From positions 1 through 64,000 of the forward strand of contig JALDZS010000039.1 of assembly GCA_022813965.1 (NCBI GenBank): 64,000 nt of DNA, given 5' to 3'. Below the pieces are notes generated by a model, which was not told the origin of the DNA, did not search any database, and saw only the letters and a list, made by a program, of their open reading frames with translations. This stretch comes from Toensbergia leucococca (Eukaryota). How positions within the stretch are numbered: the first letter of the stretch is position 1; each line of letters begins with the position of its first letter. The position numbers were made by a program, and so were the translations under genes. Below are positions 11,607 to 25,943 of this stretch, in pieces.

Positions 11607-12241
11607 CAGCAATGAGTGGGGGTAACGCCCCTTCGATTGATGTTGCCTAATTGGTGCTACTTTGTGCCCAGATAGGTAGGTACCTATCCGTACCTAGGTG
11701 AGTTTTAGGATGCGGCAAGGTGGGCAGCAAGGTGGGCATTGGAGGATGAGAGCCGGGCTAGAGATTAAGGTAGCTCCCGGAGTGTCATGGGCCATGGCTG
11801 GCTGACAGGATGTAAGGTAAGGTACGATGTACGACTAGTAGGTAGAGCTATTGTACTCCATCAATTGAATTAGGACTAAACCCGTGGAATAGATCCTGTT
11901 CATGCATCCGGCCTCGTATTTCGACTTTTCGACTATTCGACCGCATCGAGCCGCTACTCACAGCCAATCGCCATCATCCATTGTAGGAAATCGCCAGATG
12001 ATTGACTTGATACCATCTACTTCGTACGCTGTGGCGTGTGCTGATAGGGTGGCCATCGCCGATGTGTCGAATGTTCGCGCAAGGCGCAGGGCACAAACCA
12101 AAAGCGCCATCAAAGAAACTTTGTTACAACGCAACGTCACTCTCATTGCTCCTTATCATCAAACATTTCTTTTCCTGACACCAGATAATCTTACACATCC
12201 AGAGGCTTGGGAGCACAATCAACAGCCAGTGAAAGGCTCAC

Positions 12242-13345
12242 ATGTCGTCAATCTCCGGTTTCAACCAGCCTAGCACCACAGCCTCATCCACCCCCTCCCA
12301 AGCGCAGGATCACTCGACGGCCTCGTACCTGGCCTATCCCGCCCGCCATGTCGTAAGCACCCTCTACCGACGTCTGACCGACACTGCCCTTCAAGCGCCC
12401 ACCCACCAGTCACCATCCGCACTCAAGGACATGAATGGCACATACACACCCCCTCACCGCAACGCGTCCCCCTTCCAGCCACCACCCCTCACCCCGCTCA
12501 CACTCCTCGGCCTCCCCTATTCCAGCTCCCCCTCCGCCCAAATCCTCTCACGTATTCTCGCCGAAGAAATACGCCTTCTCGTTCCCCCCCGACTGCAATT
12601 AATCGACACTTGGAGTTTGACCTACAGCCTCGAGCGGGACGGCGTTAGTCTCGCAACGCTCTACAACAAATGTGCCCCCTACCTCAGTACACTCAGCCAA
12701 TTCATTCTCGTCATCCGTGATGCCGCTGGCGGAGTGAGTTTCCATCCTCTCTGAACCCCCCCACCATACGCTCCCCACCCCGGCCTAAGAAATTATGCTA
12801 ACCCCAACTAGATCTTCGGTGCCTACCTAACCTCAGCTCCTCACCCCTCCCCATCCTATTACGGCACAGGTGAATGCTTCCTCTGGCGCACCTCCATCCT
12901 CACCTCAACCCCACTTCTCTCCTCCCTGCCACCACCGCCCAGCGCCGACACCACCACCACCTCAATAGCCCGTAGCACCACCCTCGCCAGCCCCCTCTCT
13001 CCAAGAAACTCGAGCAAACCACCCTCGCTCTCTCCCAACACCCCGAATCCCACTACTTCTTCAAGCCCCTCCCATCGCCCCAGCAGTGGCACCTCGACCC
13101 CCGAGCGCATCCGCTTCAAAGCTTTCCCTTACAGCGGCGTAAACGACTATCTAATATTTTGCGAGCAAGGATTCCTGAGCATTGGAGGTGGAGACGGCAG
13201 ATACGGGTTATGGCTAGATGGGGTCCTGGAGCAGGGGATAAGTAGCCCTTGCATGACATTTGGGAACGAAGGACTGAGCGAGGAGGGGGAGAAGTTCGAG
13301 GTTGTCGGCGTAGAGGTTTGGTGCGTTGGCAGGGAAGAAAATTGA
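12242..13345 (+). CDS. OXR1: Oxidation resistance protein Oxr1 (TLDc domain), 2 exons
   Basis: LAEEIRLLVPPRLQL, YSLERDGVSLATLY, IFGAYL, YYGTGECFLWR, FKAFPYSGVNDY, LSIGGGDGRYGLWLD, FGNEGLS; intron ~12734-12811. Confidence 0.93.
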
Positions 13346-13783
13346 TTCGATTTCTGTCACATGAGCGGTACTTTTCGTCTTGGGTGATAGGGAGGACATT
13401 GGGAAGGTGCATTTGCTGGATATCCGTTTCCGCGGGAGTTGTTGAAAGGGAGAAGGACGAGTGATTTAGCTAATTGGGCGGCATTGTTTCGATGGCGTTT
13501 GAAAGAGACCCTTTTCTGGGGGTGGGTGAAAACTGGGAATGGGGCCCAACGATTAGATGCCCGTTTACGTGGGGCTTACCAAGCTCAAGCTATCTAATTC
13601 CGTCTATCTAGCTCGACGATCGAAGCCCACGCTGAAGGGATATCATCAAGAGCGCACCGCACACCATCGTCGTCGGCATTAATACCAATAACAATAATAA
13701 CAAAACGCCAATTCGGGGCCATAAAGCGTCATCGCCACTGACTGACCAAGAAAGATAAGAGAATCCAATGCGAACCTATTGCC

Positions 13784-16375
13784 CTAATATGGCGAGTCCA
13801 CAATTTCATTCCTCCCCAGCCTTGAGCTCATCCTCCCACTGCCCCTACCCCCGGGCCCCACCCTCGCCGGCGTAGCAATGCTCTCCCTCGTCGGCTTCCG
13901 AAAGCTCTGCTTCGCCACCATATTCACCTCATTCGGCAGGGCCACAATGACATTCTTGTCGCTGCCGTACTTGAAGTCGTCGGCCTTGACCTCCTCGTCG
14001 TAGCGCTTGATCGTGTACGGATCCTTGCGGCCTAGCAGCACCTTATTCATGTTCCACGTGACGATGAAGGGTCCCGTCGCCGTGATGATGGACGTTTCCT
14101 TGTCGTCGAGACCGGTGTTGAAACGAGCCGGGGTAAAGGAGAGGGCGGCTTTGGTTTCGTGCTGGAACTGGGCGACGTGCGAAGGGGAGAGGCCCAGGCG
14201 GCGGGGCTGGGGTTTAGAGTCCTTGGCAAAAGATTTCTCGAAGCCGAGTTTTCCTTCATTTTTGCCCTCTTTTTGCAAGGCGTCGATTAGGAGCAGGTAG
14301 GTCCGGCAGGTCGCGAGGACCCAGTGGCCATCGGCGGAGACATCAAGACCGATAATGGGCTCGCCGAGAGCGGGGATGTGGGTCTTGGCGTTGATGCCTA
14401 GCCGGTCGAACATGCGGATGTCGCCTTTGTTGGAAGCGACGGCGATGTAGCCTTTCTCTGTCGTAGCGGCTGCCGAGAAGCCATTTTTCAGCGTGTATTG
14501 TTTGAGCTCCGAGGGGACTAGTTTGGAGCCTGAGAGGCGGGGGTCGATGCGGTATAGAGCATTGTGGGAGAGGCCAAGAAAGGTTTGCTCGGCTGTCATT
14601 TGGGAAAATTTCTGAACAGGGAAAGTTAGTCAACGATTGGAGAGTGAGGAGCTTGTGAAGGAGGGATTCATGAACCTTTTCCGGGGCGAAGGTATCGACT
14701 TGGATGTCATCATGTACTTTCCATTCGTCGACTACCTTTCCGTATTCTAAGTCCATTCGGTACAACGAATGGGGGTCATCCTTGTTTTGAAGGATCATAT
14801 TCGTGTCCTCTGCGTGGAGCATGACCTTTGTTGGACTGAAGAGCTTGCCACCGGGGGTTTCCACTTTCGAGATGTTTGTCGAGAACTCCAGATTATTGTT
14901 TGGTGTGTGCTTGAATACACCAATCTTAGATCCTCGAACGACAAAGGATCGGTCGTGCTTGTACCCCACCGCAAGCTGCGAATTAACATTGCCGTCCTCA
15001 TCGCGAGTGACAACATCATCCTCAGATTCGTCGCTATCATATTGCTCGCTGCGCTGGCCGTCATCCTCAACCTCCTCCACTTCCTCTTCCTCGTCCTCCT
15101 CCCGACTCTCATTCTCCGCATCCTCCATTGTGAGGTCTTGAAAAGCGTCTAAAACATATTGTCTGTCGTCATCCTTTGTTTTAGTCCATTTAGTCTCGTT
15201 TAGTTGCTCCCATAAGGCCTGCATTAATCCCTCTTGGAATCGCTCCTCGGTTTCTTGGTCCTTGAAACGTAGTAGCCATGAATATGCAGAGCCATCGTCG
15301 GTGTAGTGGTTGAATATGAATGAGAGATACTCGAAGTTGAAAACCGGATTGATATCTGCAACGACTTGTTGCCCCAGCCATTCCTTGTCGGCTCCTGTGA
15401 TATGTAACCAATACTGCCACGACCCTGTCTCCAAGACAGTTGCGGTCACAGATGGATCTTGGAGAATGAAAGCACCAGATTGAAAATCAAACAGATGGAG
15501 TTCTGCTTTTTCCTGGGCGAGAATCTTAGTCTCCACAGGACGCGCAGCTGATGGAGGTGCTTTCGTAGGTGTATTCTCTTTCACCGGGGCCTTTGATTTG
15601 CCCGAAGCCTTGGGAGCCATCTTCGTCGTCTGTGTTGTAAAAGTTGGTTTCGACGCTGTGTTTGTGTGTGATGAAGGTGACGAGACCGGTTGTTTTCCCG
15701 TGGGACTTTCTACCGGACTGGCGCTCGGTATTGGTTGGGCAGTGAAGTTAAACTGCTGCAAGTCCTTTTCTGTAGCGTTTTCGTTTGGTTTCCGGAACTT
15801 CCTCTCATATTGGCATTTTATGGCCACCATCTCAAAAGTGCCAACCTCGCCAGCCTGAATAGAGCGGTCGCACACAAACTCATACAGGTCTCCAGGATCA
15901 CCACTAAGGTCTCGCCATGCAAAGACCTTTTCACCGCCTTCTCTTATCTCAGATCTAAAATGCAGACCCTGATCTAGTAGAAAGGTTTCCTCATCCTTCT
16001 CTGCGCCGATGCTCTCATCATTACCATCTTCACCTCCCTCATCTGCAAGAAGCTCTGCCTCCCCTTCCTCATATGCTCGCTGGACGACTAGCTGATATTG
16101 GAACTCTTGGCCTGTGCGCCGAATTGAAGCAGCAGCGTCTCTAAAAATGAGCTCAGAGTAACCTTTGGGCGAAAGAGGCCGAACAAGGTACAGTTGGCCT
16201 TGGGGTATCTCAATAATAGACTCCTTCGAAGCATCCCCAAAGAGGTACTTAGTCACTATCCACGATCAATTCCATCAAATCAGTAAGTGCAACACACAAG
16301 GCCGACTACGAGCAACTTGAGGCAGGCGTGAGTGGGGCATTCTTGAGCAAACTTACCATTCCGGAGCATAAACAT
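13784..16375 (-). CDS. VID27: Vacuolar import and degradation protein Vid27
   Basis: MFMLRN micro-exon then KYLFGD, GQLYLVRPLSPKG, PH-like WLLRFKD, acidic linker, and beta-propeller motifs NSQLAVGYKHDRSFVVRG and LYRMDLEYGKVVDEW. Confidence 0.93.
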
Positions 16376-16860
16376 GTCGACGGCAACGAAATATTTAAAG
16401 GAAAGCCTTCAGAAGTAGAAGTCTTTGGGAGTTCAGGTGGCCTGATAAGAACAAAGAATTTCTTTAAGTCGGGCGCATACATAGGCACATAGGAGATAGG
16501 CTGCGAAGCATCTCTTTAGTCAACAAACATGCCCTGTTCTCTGGACTTTCGCTTAACATAAGGTTGCCTAGCATAAGGTATTCTATTGATGAGACGTCAT
16601 TCGGTGCAAAGAGCTTAACCCTAAATTATGCAAGATGGGCAATGCACAATATCTTGGCTTGCCATTCTCATCCTCCTGCGAATCCAAGACATTACAGCAT
16701 AAAGTCATGGACCCCGTTCACTCGTACATACGAGTCATTGATGCTACCGTCAACTCTTTAAAGTCAAGCTGCTAACGCCCGAGATGTCATGCATCGTATT
16801 TGAATCCCCGAGGATACTTTCATACGCCCTTTCCCTACTTCTCTGAGACAGATACCTTTA

Positions 16861-19430
16861 TCAAAAAAGACCCAGTAGATCTTCGTTCGTCTTCTTTCCA
16901 CCGCCTTGTCCAGCTAGTTGCTGCTGTGCTGGCGGTGGCTGATTCGACTCGCTCATGCTCAGGCCTGCAAAACCATTCATGATCTCTTGATGGCCATTCG
17001 CTTGACCCATGACCCCCGATAATCCCATCAAATCATCCATGTTATTGCCTGATGATGAAGACATGCCGCCGTGGGTCGCAGGGGACTCGATCCGTACCGG
17101 TGTGCCGGCCAAGCCTTCGAGCCCTGACATCCCTGAAAGCGGTGACTTCCGTATTGATGCTGGTGCTGCACCATCAAAGTCGATGTCGAGGAGGTTCTCA
17201 GCGTTGGCATGTGATGGAGTGGGTCCACCAGAAACGGCTGCAGCGGCGGCGGCAGCCGCAAGAGGATTTTCTCGAGCATTTGCCATTTGTTCTCTGTATG
17301 TCGTGTTTAGCTATGGCTCTGCTCATAGGAGTCTGGACAATTGCATACTCAATGGCAGCCTTTTGTACAGCATCGGCACCATATCGACCTTCGCCAATGA
17401 AAGATTCTGGAGGTTTGTGATAGACGGAAGCGAGCGTTGATAATTCAGTCAATAATCTCTCAAGTAAAGCAGGTGGCAGCGACTGGATAGTAGTGGTGAT
17501 AGGGGGTTTATCTGATAGTACGACACTCTTAGCGACCTGAGCGTTGCTAGAAAGCAATCGCCAGTATACGTATGCCCGGTCTCGAACATCGGGGTTATCA
17601 TTTTCGGCTGTAGCTGCTTGAAATATCTTTTGTACCAAGGCTTGTGCTTGGGACGAATCGGGTTTCTTCAAGAAAAATTTGACAACTGCAGTCAAGATCT
17701 GCAACTGCGTCTATTGGACATTAGTAAGCAACGAGTTGGGTTTGGAGTTGCAGAGTACCTCGGTGAATTCTTCCATAAAGCCTTCAACGAATCCTGTGAG
17801 AATATCCCCGGCGTTGCTGATTTTCTCGGCATATTCTCCAACGATCCAGATCAATGATCCTCTTGCGTTGGGTTCGTCCAACTCGTCGATGCATTTACAC
17901 AATGTCGGTATTATCCCTTCATAACCAGGGTATTTCCGGAATATATCCTTGATAACAACAATGGCTTCCTGAACTACATAGTTGACCTTCGTACTGATCA
18001 GATCCAATAAGGTGTTGACGCACTTCTCACTTGCGCTCTCAATCTTGATCGCTACCTGTCCGATAGCTTTCACGGCGCGTTTCACAATGTCCATGTCGAC
18101 TTCCAGCGCATACTCCTTTAGCTCGGCAAGTAATTGATCGACATTTTTATCATTGGCTATCCGTACCATGATTTCAAGCTTTTCGAATTTGATATACGAG
18201 GGATCATTGTATTTGCAAAAGAAAACGCGAAGCTCCTTGCTCAATATATCGGGCTGTTTCTGGAGAAGAAGATCGATATTGCGGAGGGCAACGTATTGCA
18301 CTTCCGGGGGCGAAGAGACAAGAGTGACTACGAGGGATAAACACCGAGCACTAAAAAAAATTTTGTAGGAAAACATACCTAGTGGAGGTGCCATCTTCCG
18401 CAAGTATGATCTTGCTGTCTCTGGATTGATAAATCTCATATGCAAGAAAACCGCCTTCACTGCCGCCAAAACCACGCTTGGGTTGACGTGCTGGAATTGT
18501 GGAGATACTCTCTCGCAAATGTGTTCTGCTTCTTTGACATCTACCGCTTTGTGATCTGCCAACGTTGAGAGAATCGTCACTCTTCCCCACTCGGTGCATT
18601 CATTTAGAGCCATAAGCATTTTCTTGAGTGTATGCGATGATATTGTCAATGCTTTGGTCTCTGGAGCTGCTTCACTGATCTCTGCTAACGCAGTGACTGC
18701 ATTTGCAACGACCATGGGATTTGGATCCCCCATCAGCTCTTGTAATGTTTCTAGAAAGCCATTTTCTAAGCATAAGGCCGGATTCAGGTCGAAAAGCTTG
18801 GCAACACATATTGCTGCAGTTTTCCGCACATAAGGCGATTCATCTTTTAGCGTTTTCCGTAGCGGTTCCTCCATGTAGTCTACCATCTTGTCTACCCTTA
18901 TGCAGCCCATCGTCCTGATGGCTAGTGCGCGGACAAGAGGATTGGGGTCCTCAGAGTCTTGGACAAAGGTATTGACAGCAAGTATACAAAGATCCGGGTG
19001 TGATTTGGCGTAGTTCCTGGCCTTGAAGTAAGCAGTCCGTATATGTGCCCTGAAAGGCCAGAGCTGCGATCCTGAACGCACATCAAGTAGAGGTATACAA
19101 GCTTCTTTTGATCTAGATCTGATGTTGCTAGATTCTTCAATACGTCTGGGAATAGTGCCGACACATCTTTGCCTAATGTCATGGACATGATCGTCTTCTG
19201 GATGGCCTCTTTCCTGCTATCCTTTCAACCCTCTTCCAGAAATCAGGGAAGGCAATATACACGGACCTTTCGTACGCATACTGCGATCTGTATTGCCATG
19301 ACGTTAGTGGAACTCCCAGCGAATTTGTAGTGCCGTGGGGACAAATCTCATACACCAACCCAGCTCTCAGCTCGAACGTCTCTCCCTTCTTGGGGACCGC
19401 AAAAGCCCCCCTGATACGATTGACGGCCAT
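16861..19430 (-). CDS. APL2: AP-1 adaptor complex beta subunit
   Basis: [57 protein letters not shown], Adaptin_N repeats, [17 protein letters not shown]-terminal clathrin-binding motifs LLDID and DLLGLF. Confidence 0.93.
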
Positions 19431-20245
19431 CCTAGCAAGGTTCCCTCTGAGGCTGCGACCAGAGTCGCGCCTCTCTTTGAGTCGCTCAAACCCTACTGCC
19501 TACAGTGGGCTGCCAAATATGAGCTAGATTTCTAGGCTTTGATGAACATTTCTCAATTTATGTTCGTGCAGTCCTCATGCTGACTTGAGAAAAGATAAAT
19601 TATTTCTTTACAACGGTAACTTCGTAAAGAACATATATTGTAGCCAGAAGAATTAGCTGTGATTTGAATTCATGATAGATCCGCCGCTAGTCATCCGCGG
19701 ACAAGGATTTATGCTGCTATTATGACTCTGATCTTAATATCAACCTCAGATAACTTCTTCACCTGACAATTTAAAGGTCAAATGAAATATTGAATGGTGG
19801 GACTCTTCCACTGAGGCATACGATGCTCATGCTTCCTGCTGACTATCTTTGCTCTAGGCCAACCTACCAAATCTCCGGCGTCTCTTCGTAGAAGCAAGAA
19901 CTGATGCAGAGGAAAGTTCCTACTCAAGAAATGCAGTTCGACCTCCCTTTAAAATCTATGTACTCAACACACCAGACTAACCAGGATGAAGTTTTACAAT
20001 CTACTTCTTTTCATGTCATCTGTCGCCGTCTTTAGTTTAGTGGCTCAGCGATTGAGCGGAGGCAGAACAGCCGTCGGCATGTAACGATTTGCTACGCAGG
20101 ACTGTTTGAAAATCACGGGTCTTGTTGCCAGTATCGTGAGACTGCGAGTCACATAATCGTAACGAGCAGATTTTTCATACTCGTCAGGCATTACTCAGAA
20201 CAAATCGGAACATCTTCCGCGCAACCATTAGAAAAGCATCATTCA

Positions 20246-21447
20246 TCAGTCCGTCTCTGCACCGTCATCATCATTGAGGAAGTCAAGTTCTTGCAGGCCT
20301 CTTGCTAGCCTCCTTCTTGGTTTACCAGCATTTGAATTCCCTTCATCTTCAGACTCTGCCTTGCCCCATTGCTTTGCTCCTGCCTGTACAGCTTCCAAGT
20401 CCGCCATCAGCTCTCTCTCTTCTCGAATTTGGCTGGCCTTCTCAGCCGAATATCTCCCAGTCATGCCAGCCTCGGTCAACATTCCTTTGAGATGACGAAT
20501 TTTAGATTTGGGATTGTCATAAGGCGCTAGCTCTCTATGCCACAATTTCCGGATGCCACACTTGACAAGCCACCCTTGGAGACGCTTGATCTCTTCGGCA
20601 TCTGGGTTTTCGGGTTGCTCTGATACTTTCTTGCCTTTCGAGCTTTCTGCTTTCTTAGCTTTTGGTTTCTTAGTATCAGACAGCCGACTCTTAAACTTTG
20701 ACTTTGGGTTTGGTCCTTCATCAAGCACAACAGACATATCGCTCTCAGCATCATCAGCAAGTTTGTTGTTGGGCTTTGGGCCACTGCTTCGAGGTTCATT
20801 GGCTTGATTTCTCTCCGCATTGCCGTCTTCGGAAAGACTACTCGTTTGTGGTGATTCAGGTCTCAGTCGTGAGGCAAGATTGTTTGACGATTTCTTGGAA
20901 AAGGTGCTTATCGTCTCTTGCTCGTCTTCGGTGACTTCCTCTACACCCGAGCTATTGCTCTTCCGACGCTTCTTCGGGCCTGTGTCCTTCTCCGTCTCCT
21001 TCTTTCTTGGGCGTTTCTTAGTGGCTGGATCAGTCGCTAATACATCTTTTGTAGTTTTTGTGTGGGGTAATGGCCTAGCGATTTTTGATGATGTGGTCTG
21101 TCGGCTATTGGCTGGAAGCTGCTGGGGAGATATGGATAATTGATCATTATTTGCATCTGCGTGAGCCTCCTAGCAGAAAGGTCAATTTATAAAGAATTAC
21201 GGAGTACCAAGTCTCGGATACTTACAATTTGCGACTCGATGATAGCCTTACTTTTGTCCTTCCATGTAGGGCGGGATTTGTAAAATCCATCTTCGAGATC
21301 CAATCGTTCTTCTGCAGCTTTACGGATCCTCTTGAAGGTCAGGTCCTCCGCATTCCCTTGGTCGTAAATGCGGTCAACAGCACGTCGTAAAGCTAGCTCT
21401 AACGTTGCGGCTGACGGAGGTGGCTCGGATAGGTCTGAATCTGACAT
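20246..21447 (-). CDS. HIRIP3/DEK_C-like chromatin-associated protein, 2 exons
   Basis: N-terminal DEK_C-like segment (EDLTFKRIRKAAEERLDL), charged low-complexity middle, conserved IKRLQGWLVKCGIRKLW...MLTEAGMTGRYSAEKA. Confidence 0.7.
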
Positions 21448-21926
21448 GTCAGGATTTTACGGATATCTGCTCTCACAATGCATTGTCGCGTCAATTATGT
21501 AGGCAAGAACGCGTTCAACTCTCGAGAAGTGGTTTGCTAACCCCACACTAGAATAGCACGTGAATCGGGGGATTTAAATTACATGGCTGTGGCGCAAGCT
21601 ATCCCTACCAGTCGACAATTGATGAAGCCACGTTCTAGAAGCTCGGGCCCAACACCATTTTCAATTCCTCCATTCCTAACTTTTTCATTCTTTCATTCAC
21701 GGACGTTTGAGACGAGCTACCTTAGTTGACTGCCTGAATTGACGTACATGTAGTCGTTAATGAGGATAAGTTCTATGTATGATCCTAAGCAGTCAACACC
21801 ATCGCCCTTGCCTATACCACTCTAATCGATCTTCCTCAACCTCAAGTTGCATAAGACTTCAAATTGTCACTGCTTCAAATCTTAATTCAACAACCTATCC
21901 GAGATTGGACAATCGTCTGTTATACA

Positions 21927-23683
21927 ATGCCTTCGGCTCTGGCGTCAGCCAAATCAGATGCCCGACTCCTTCTTGTCTCAAATCGCCTTCCCATTACTAT
22001 CAAACGCTCCGAGGATGGAAGCTATGATTTCTCCATGTCCTCGGGTGGTCTCGTCAGCGGTTTGAGTGGTCTTTCCAAGTCAACCACATTTCAATGGTAT
22101 GGCTGGCCCGGCCTAGAAATCCCAGATGCAGAGGCTGGCCCCTTGAAGGATCGACTCAAAGCTGAGTATAATGCCGTACCTGTCTTCATTGATGATGACC
22201 TTGCCGATCGACACTACAATGGCTTCTCAAGTGGGCTTCCCCGTATTTCTCAGCCCAACGTTTTATACTGACTTTTGATTCGAGACTCAATTCTATGGCC
22301 TCTCTTCCATTATCATCCGGGTGAAATTACCTTTGACGAGTCTGCCTGGAATGCCTATAAGGAGGCCAATCGTTTATTTGCCAAGGCTATTGCGAGTCAA
22401 GTCAGAGATGGAGATCTCGTTTGGGTCCACGACTATCACCTGATGCTCCTCCCTGCCATGTTGCGGGAAGAAATTGGCACGTCCAAGGCGAATGTCAAGA
22501 TTGGCTTCTTTCTACACACTCCCTTCCCCAGCAGTGAGATATATCGAATTCTACCCGTGAGAAATGAGATTTTGCTTGGGGTCTTGCATTGCGACTTGAT
22601 CGGCTTCCACACCTACGACTATGCCAGGCACTTTCTCAGTAGCTGCTCTAGGATCTTGTAAGTGCTTCTGGAAAACGCTCTGAACATTTATGGAGCCCGG
22701 CTAATGAGCTCCCAGAGGCCTGGCTACCACGCCGAATGGAGTCGAGTTCCAGGGGAAAATAGTCAGTATTGGCGCGTTTCCAATTGGAATTGACCCGGAT
22801 AATTTTACCGAGGGCCTCAAGAAGCCAAAGGTTCAAGAGCGCATTGCCACTCTGGAACGTAAATTTCAGGGCGTCAAGCTCATGGTTGGTGTTGATCGAC
22901 TTGATTACATCAAGGGTGTTCCACAGAAACTACATGCCTTGGAAGTCTTCTTGACCGAACATCCTGAATGGGTAGGCAAGGTAGTTTTAGTTCAAGTTGC
23001 TGTTCCTAGTCGGCAAGATGTCGAAGAGTATCAAAATCTTCGCGCGGTAGTCAACGAACTCGTTGGAAGGATCAATGGAAAATTCGGTGTGTCCACTGTC
23101 CACCCTATAAATAACTATGAAGTACATTATTGAATGACATTTACAGGCACTATCGAATTTATGCCGATCCACTTCATGCACAAATCCGTCTCCTTCGACG
23201 AGCTAATCGCACTCTACGCTGTCTCGGATGTCTGCCTTGTTTCGTCAACGCGCGACGGCATGAACCTAGTATCCTTTGAGTATATTGCAACCCAGCAAAA
23301 GCGCCACGGCGTCATGGTTCTCTCAGAGTTTACCGGCGCCGCTCAAAGTCTCAACGGTAGTCTCATTGTAAATCCTTGGAACACTGAGGAACTGGCCGGT
23401 GCAATCCACGATGCTGTTACTATGGGTGATGAGCAGCGCGCTCTAAACTTTCAAAAGCTTGACCGCTACGTTTCAAAATATACTAGGTAATCATTTTTAT
23501 ACCCAACTTTCTATTAGAGAGAGTGCTAATTGTGCCGGCAGTGCTTTCTGGGGTCAGTCCTTTGTAGGCGAATTGACAAAGATTTCTGTGCAGGCGGAGA
23601 AGAAGACAAAAGCCCGACGTGAATCCTTCGCTAAAGGGACGAATGGGACGAATGGTACACCTACTATCGTCGGTGGTGCGTAG
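21927..23683 (+). CDS. TPS1: Trehalose-6-phosphate synthase (GT20), 5 exons
   Basis: RLLLVSNRLP, SSGGLVSGL, NSILWPLFHY, WVHDYHLM, GFFLHTPFP, GVDRLDYIKG, DGMNLVSFEY, LSEFTGAA. Confidence 0.97.
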
Positions 23684-25234
23684 GTAGGCTTGTTGGCTCC
23701 AGGAGCTTTTGTGGCGTATTGAGATCAGCCAGTCATACCCTGTATTATTGTGTGATGGACATGGGGCGCATGAGGAGTAGCTACGTAGCGTGAGCATAGA
23801 GCATTAAGCATTGCTTAGGATCGATAGGCAAGACAGTTCTCTCTACATTCTTTAAGGATATCGATTGTACGTTTGTGTGATTGCATGGGACGAAAGTCTG
23901 AGAAGCCTGCATGCATTCCTGCTGCTCATTCAAATATTTTCCAGAACTCGGTAGAACTTTCTTCTCTTATGAACTCCAATCATCTCGGCTCCATACATTC
24001 CCCAATCGCCGGTTCCTACAAGCACACCTGCTTCCTACATCTCCGTCTCATGAACAGGACCAAATGTAAAATCTGGAAGCCTGTGCGTTGAGTGCCAAAT
24101 TACTTTTTTCTTTGGTATCTTTCTTTTTTATTCTGCTTTTGGAAGCGTTGTCATGGGCGACGATGGAGACGGGGACGAGGGCATAGCAAAGGTGTAGAGA
24201 AGTGTGCGAAATCTAGGAATAGTAAGGAGGAGGGGTGAGAAGTGATAATGAAAGAAACCGAATCCTCCTTTGGTGATTTTTTCTCGGCTGCATATATGGT
24301 ATTGGTCTCGTTAATCTGCAATCTCAGCGAGCAAGATTATGGGATGTTTCGCGACGGTTTTTTTTTTTGGTATCGAACGTGGGAAGGGGGTTTCTGGGAG
24401 AGGCTGTCTGGCGGTGGGGCCTGGAGGGGATGGGGAAGGGTTGTTGGGTTGTTGGGTCTACGGATTTGGGTTTGGTAAGGGAGAGGGGTGAGGGGCGAAA
24501 GTGGGTGGAGAGGAGTGGGTGGAGAGAATGGGGGCAGGGAGTGAAATGCTTTCGTTGGGGACTCATGGCCACTTTGGGGGACCGAGGGAGGGGAATAAGA
24601 AATTAAGAAATCGAGGTGGTGGTTGTAGTCATGGATGAGGAAGATTTGGACGGATGCTTTGGAAGGATTGCGGGGGCGATTCGTGGAACTCGGTGGAGCT
24701 GTTCTGTGTGGTTTGGAGGGCAGGCTGTCTTTTTGCTCCGCTGAAATGTGCGCTTTGATGGATTTTTTGGACGGCTGTGAAGAATTTGGCATCCTAATAA
24801 AGGGTTTTTTGTGAGTCAGTCTGCCTTTCCTGAAAGATCCCTGTCGCATTTGAGTGCATTTGGTATTTTGAATTCTCAAGAGGAGAACTTCAAGAAGCTC
24901 TGAAGTTGGCTGGAGCTTATGGATAGACCTAGCTAGCTCCTCATTTGGATTGGTGATGAAGATGAACTCTTGAGTTGGGTATGTCTTGCTGCGAAAGGAG
25001 ACTGTAGTCTTAGATCTTTCGCTGCGCTGGCATCCTCATGTCCAATCTACCCACTTGTGTTTAGGATAGTTTTGCTGAAAGGCCTTGAAAAGAGACCGGG
25101 TTGATTCGTCCCAAACGCCCAACAATATGCTGCTCTTTTCACCCGTTACTCCATACCGTACTCCCGCATCATATTGCTCACAGCTCGGCCAATGCAGGCA
25201 CCTACAATCTCAAGAACATTCCCCCTCTCTTCAT

Positions 25235-25696
25235 TCACGCCTGCCTCTTCTCCCATTCCTCGGGCGTAAAACATCTCGGCGTCCAAGCATGAATAGCTTT
25301 GATTTCCTCTTTCAACGCCCCATTGACCATGCGATGCCTCGCCAGAGTATTCTTCTTCACAAATTGCGTCGATACAATCGTTGCCTCAAAGGCTTGGCCA
25401 CATCCCCCTGCAGTAAAATATCATAATTCAGCACCGCCCATCACAGGTGGGTCACTTCCACAGCGGAGGAGCATACCAGACATGTCGTCGACGTCGACAT
25501 GCTGTGCTTCTAGTTTCTCGGTCAAGGTTGTCTTCAGGGATGTCGGAGTGATTCCGGAGGCAATGGCCGCATTCGCGGCTTGCGTGTCTGTTTCGGCGGT
25601 GCTCATGATTGTACGGATATTGGCGCGATATTGTAGAGACGAGCTGATGGGTTTGGGGTAGCAGGAGGCAAGAGAGAGGGCACGGAGGTGATGCAT
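25235..25696 (-). CDS. BolA-family protein (Bol2/Fra2-like); alternative start at 25606
   Basis: Spliced product LEAQHVDVDDMSGGCGQAFEATIVSTQF..NTLARHRMVNGALKEEIKAIHAW; one intron. Confidence 0.9.
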
Positions 25697-25943
25697 AGAA
25701 TAGGTGCCAAATGGGGTTTGAGACTTTTGTATTTGGATGTTGCAGGCTTGCAGCTTGATGCACCTCGGCTATTTAGCTACCTACTTAGCAAGGGTGTGAG
25801 GGCTTGGGCTAGGCCCCACTAGCCCTGGCGATCCCCTGAGACGTCACGATTTTAACGTGCAGATCGTGGCTCTAGGTCTCTACCTAGCTACCCAAAAAAG
25901 CAGGCTTGCAGGAGGCTGCACAATAACCTCAAAGCATGTTCTG

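Noticed and set aside
24337..24879. 180-aa Pro/Ser-rich - strand ORF
   Set aside because: Non-ATG start and compositionally biased; no motif or splice support.
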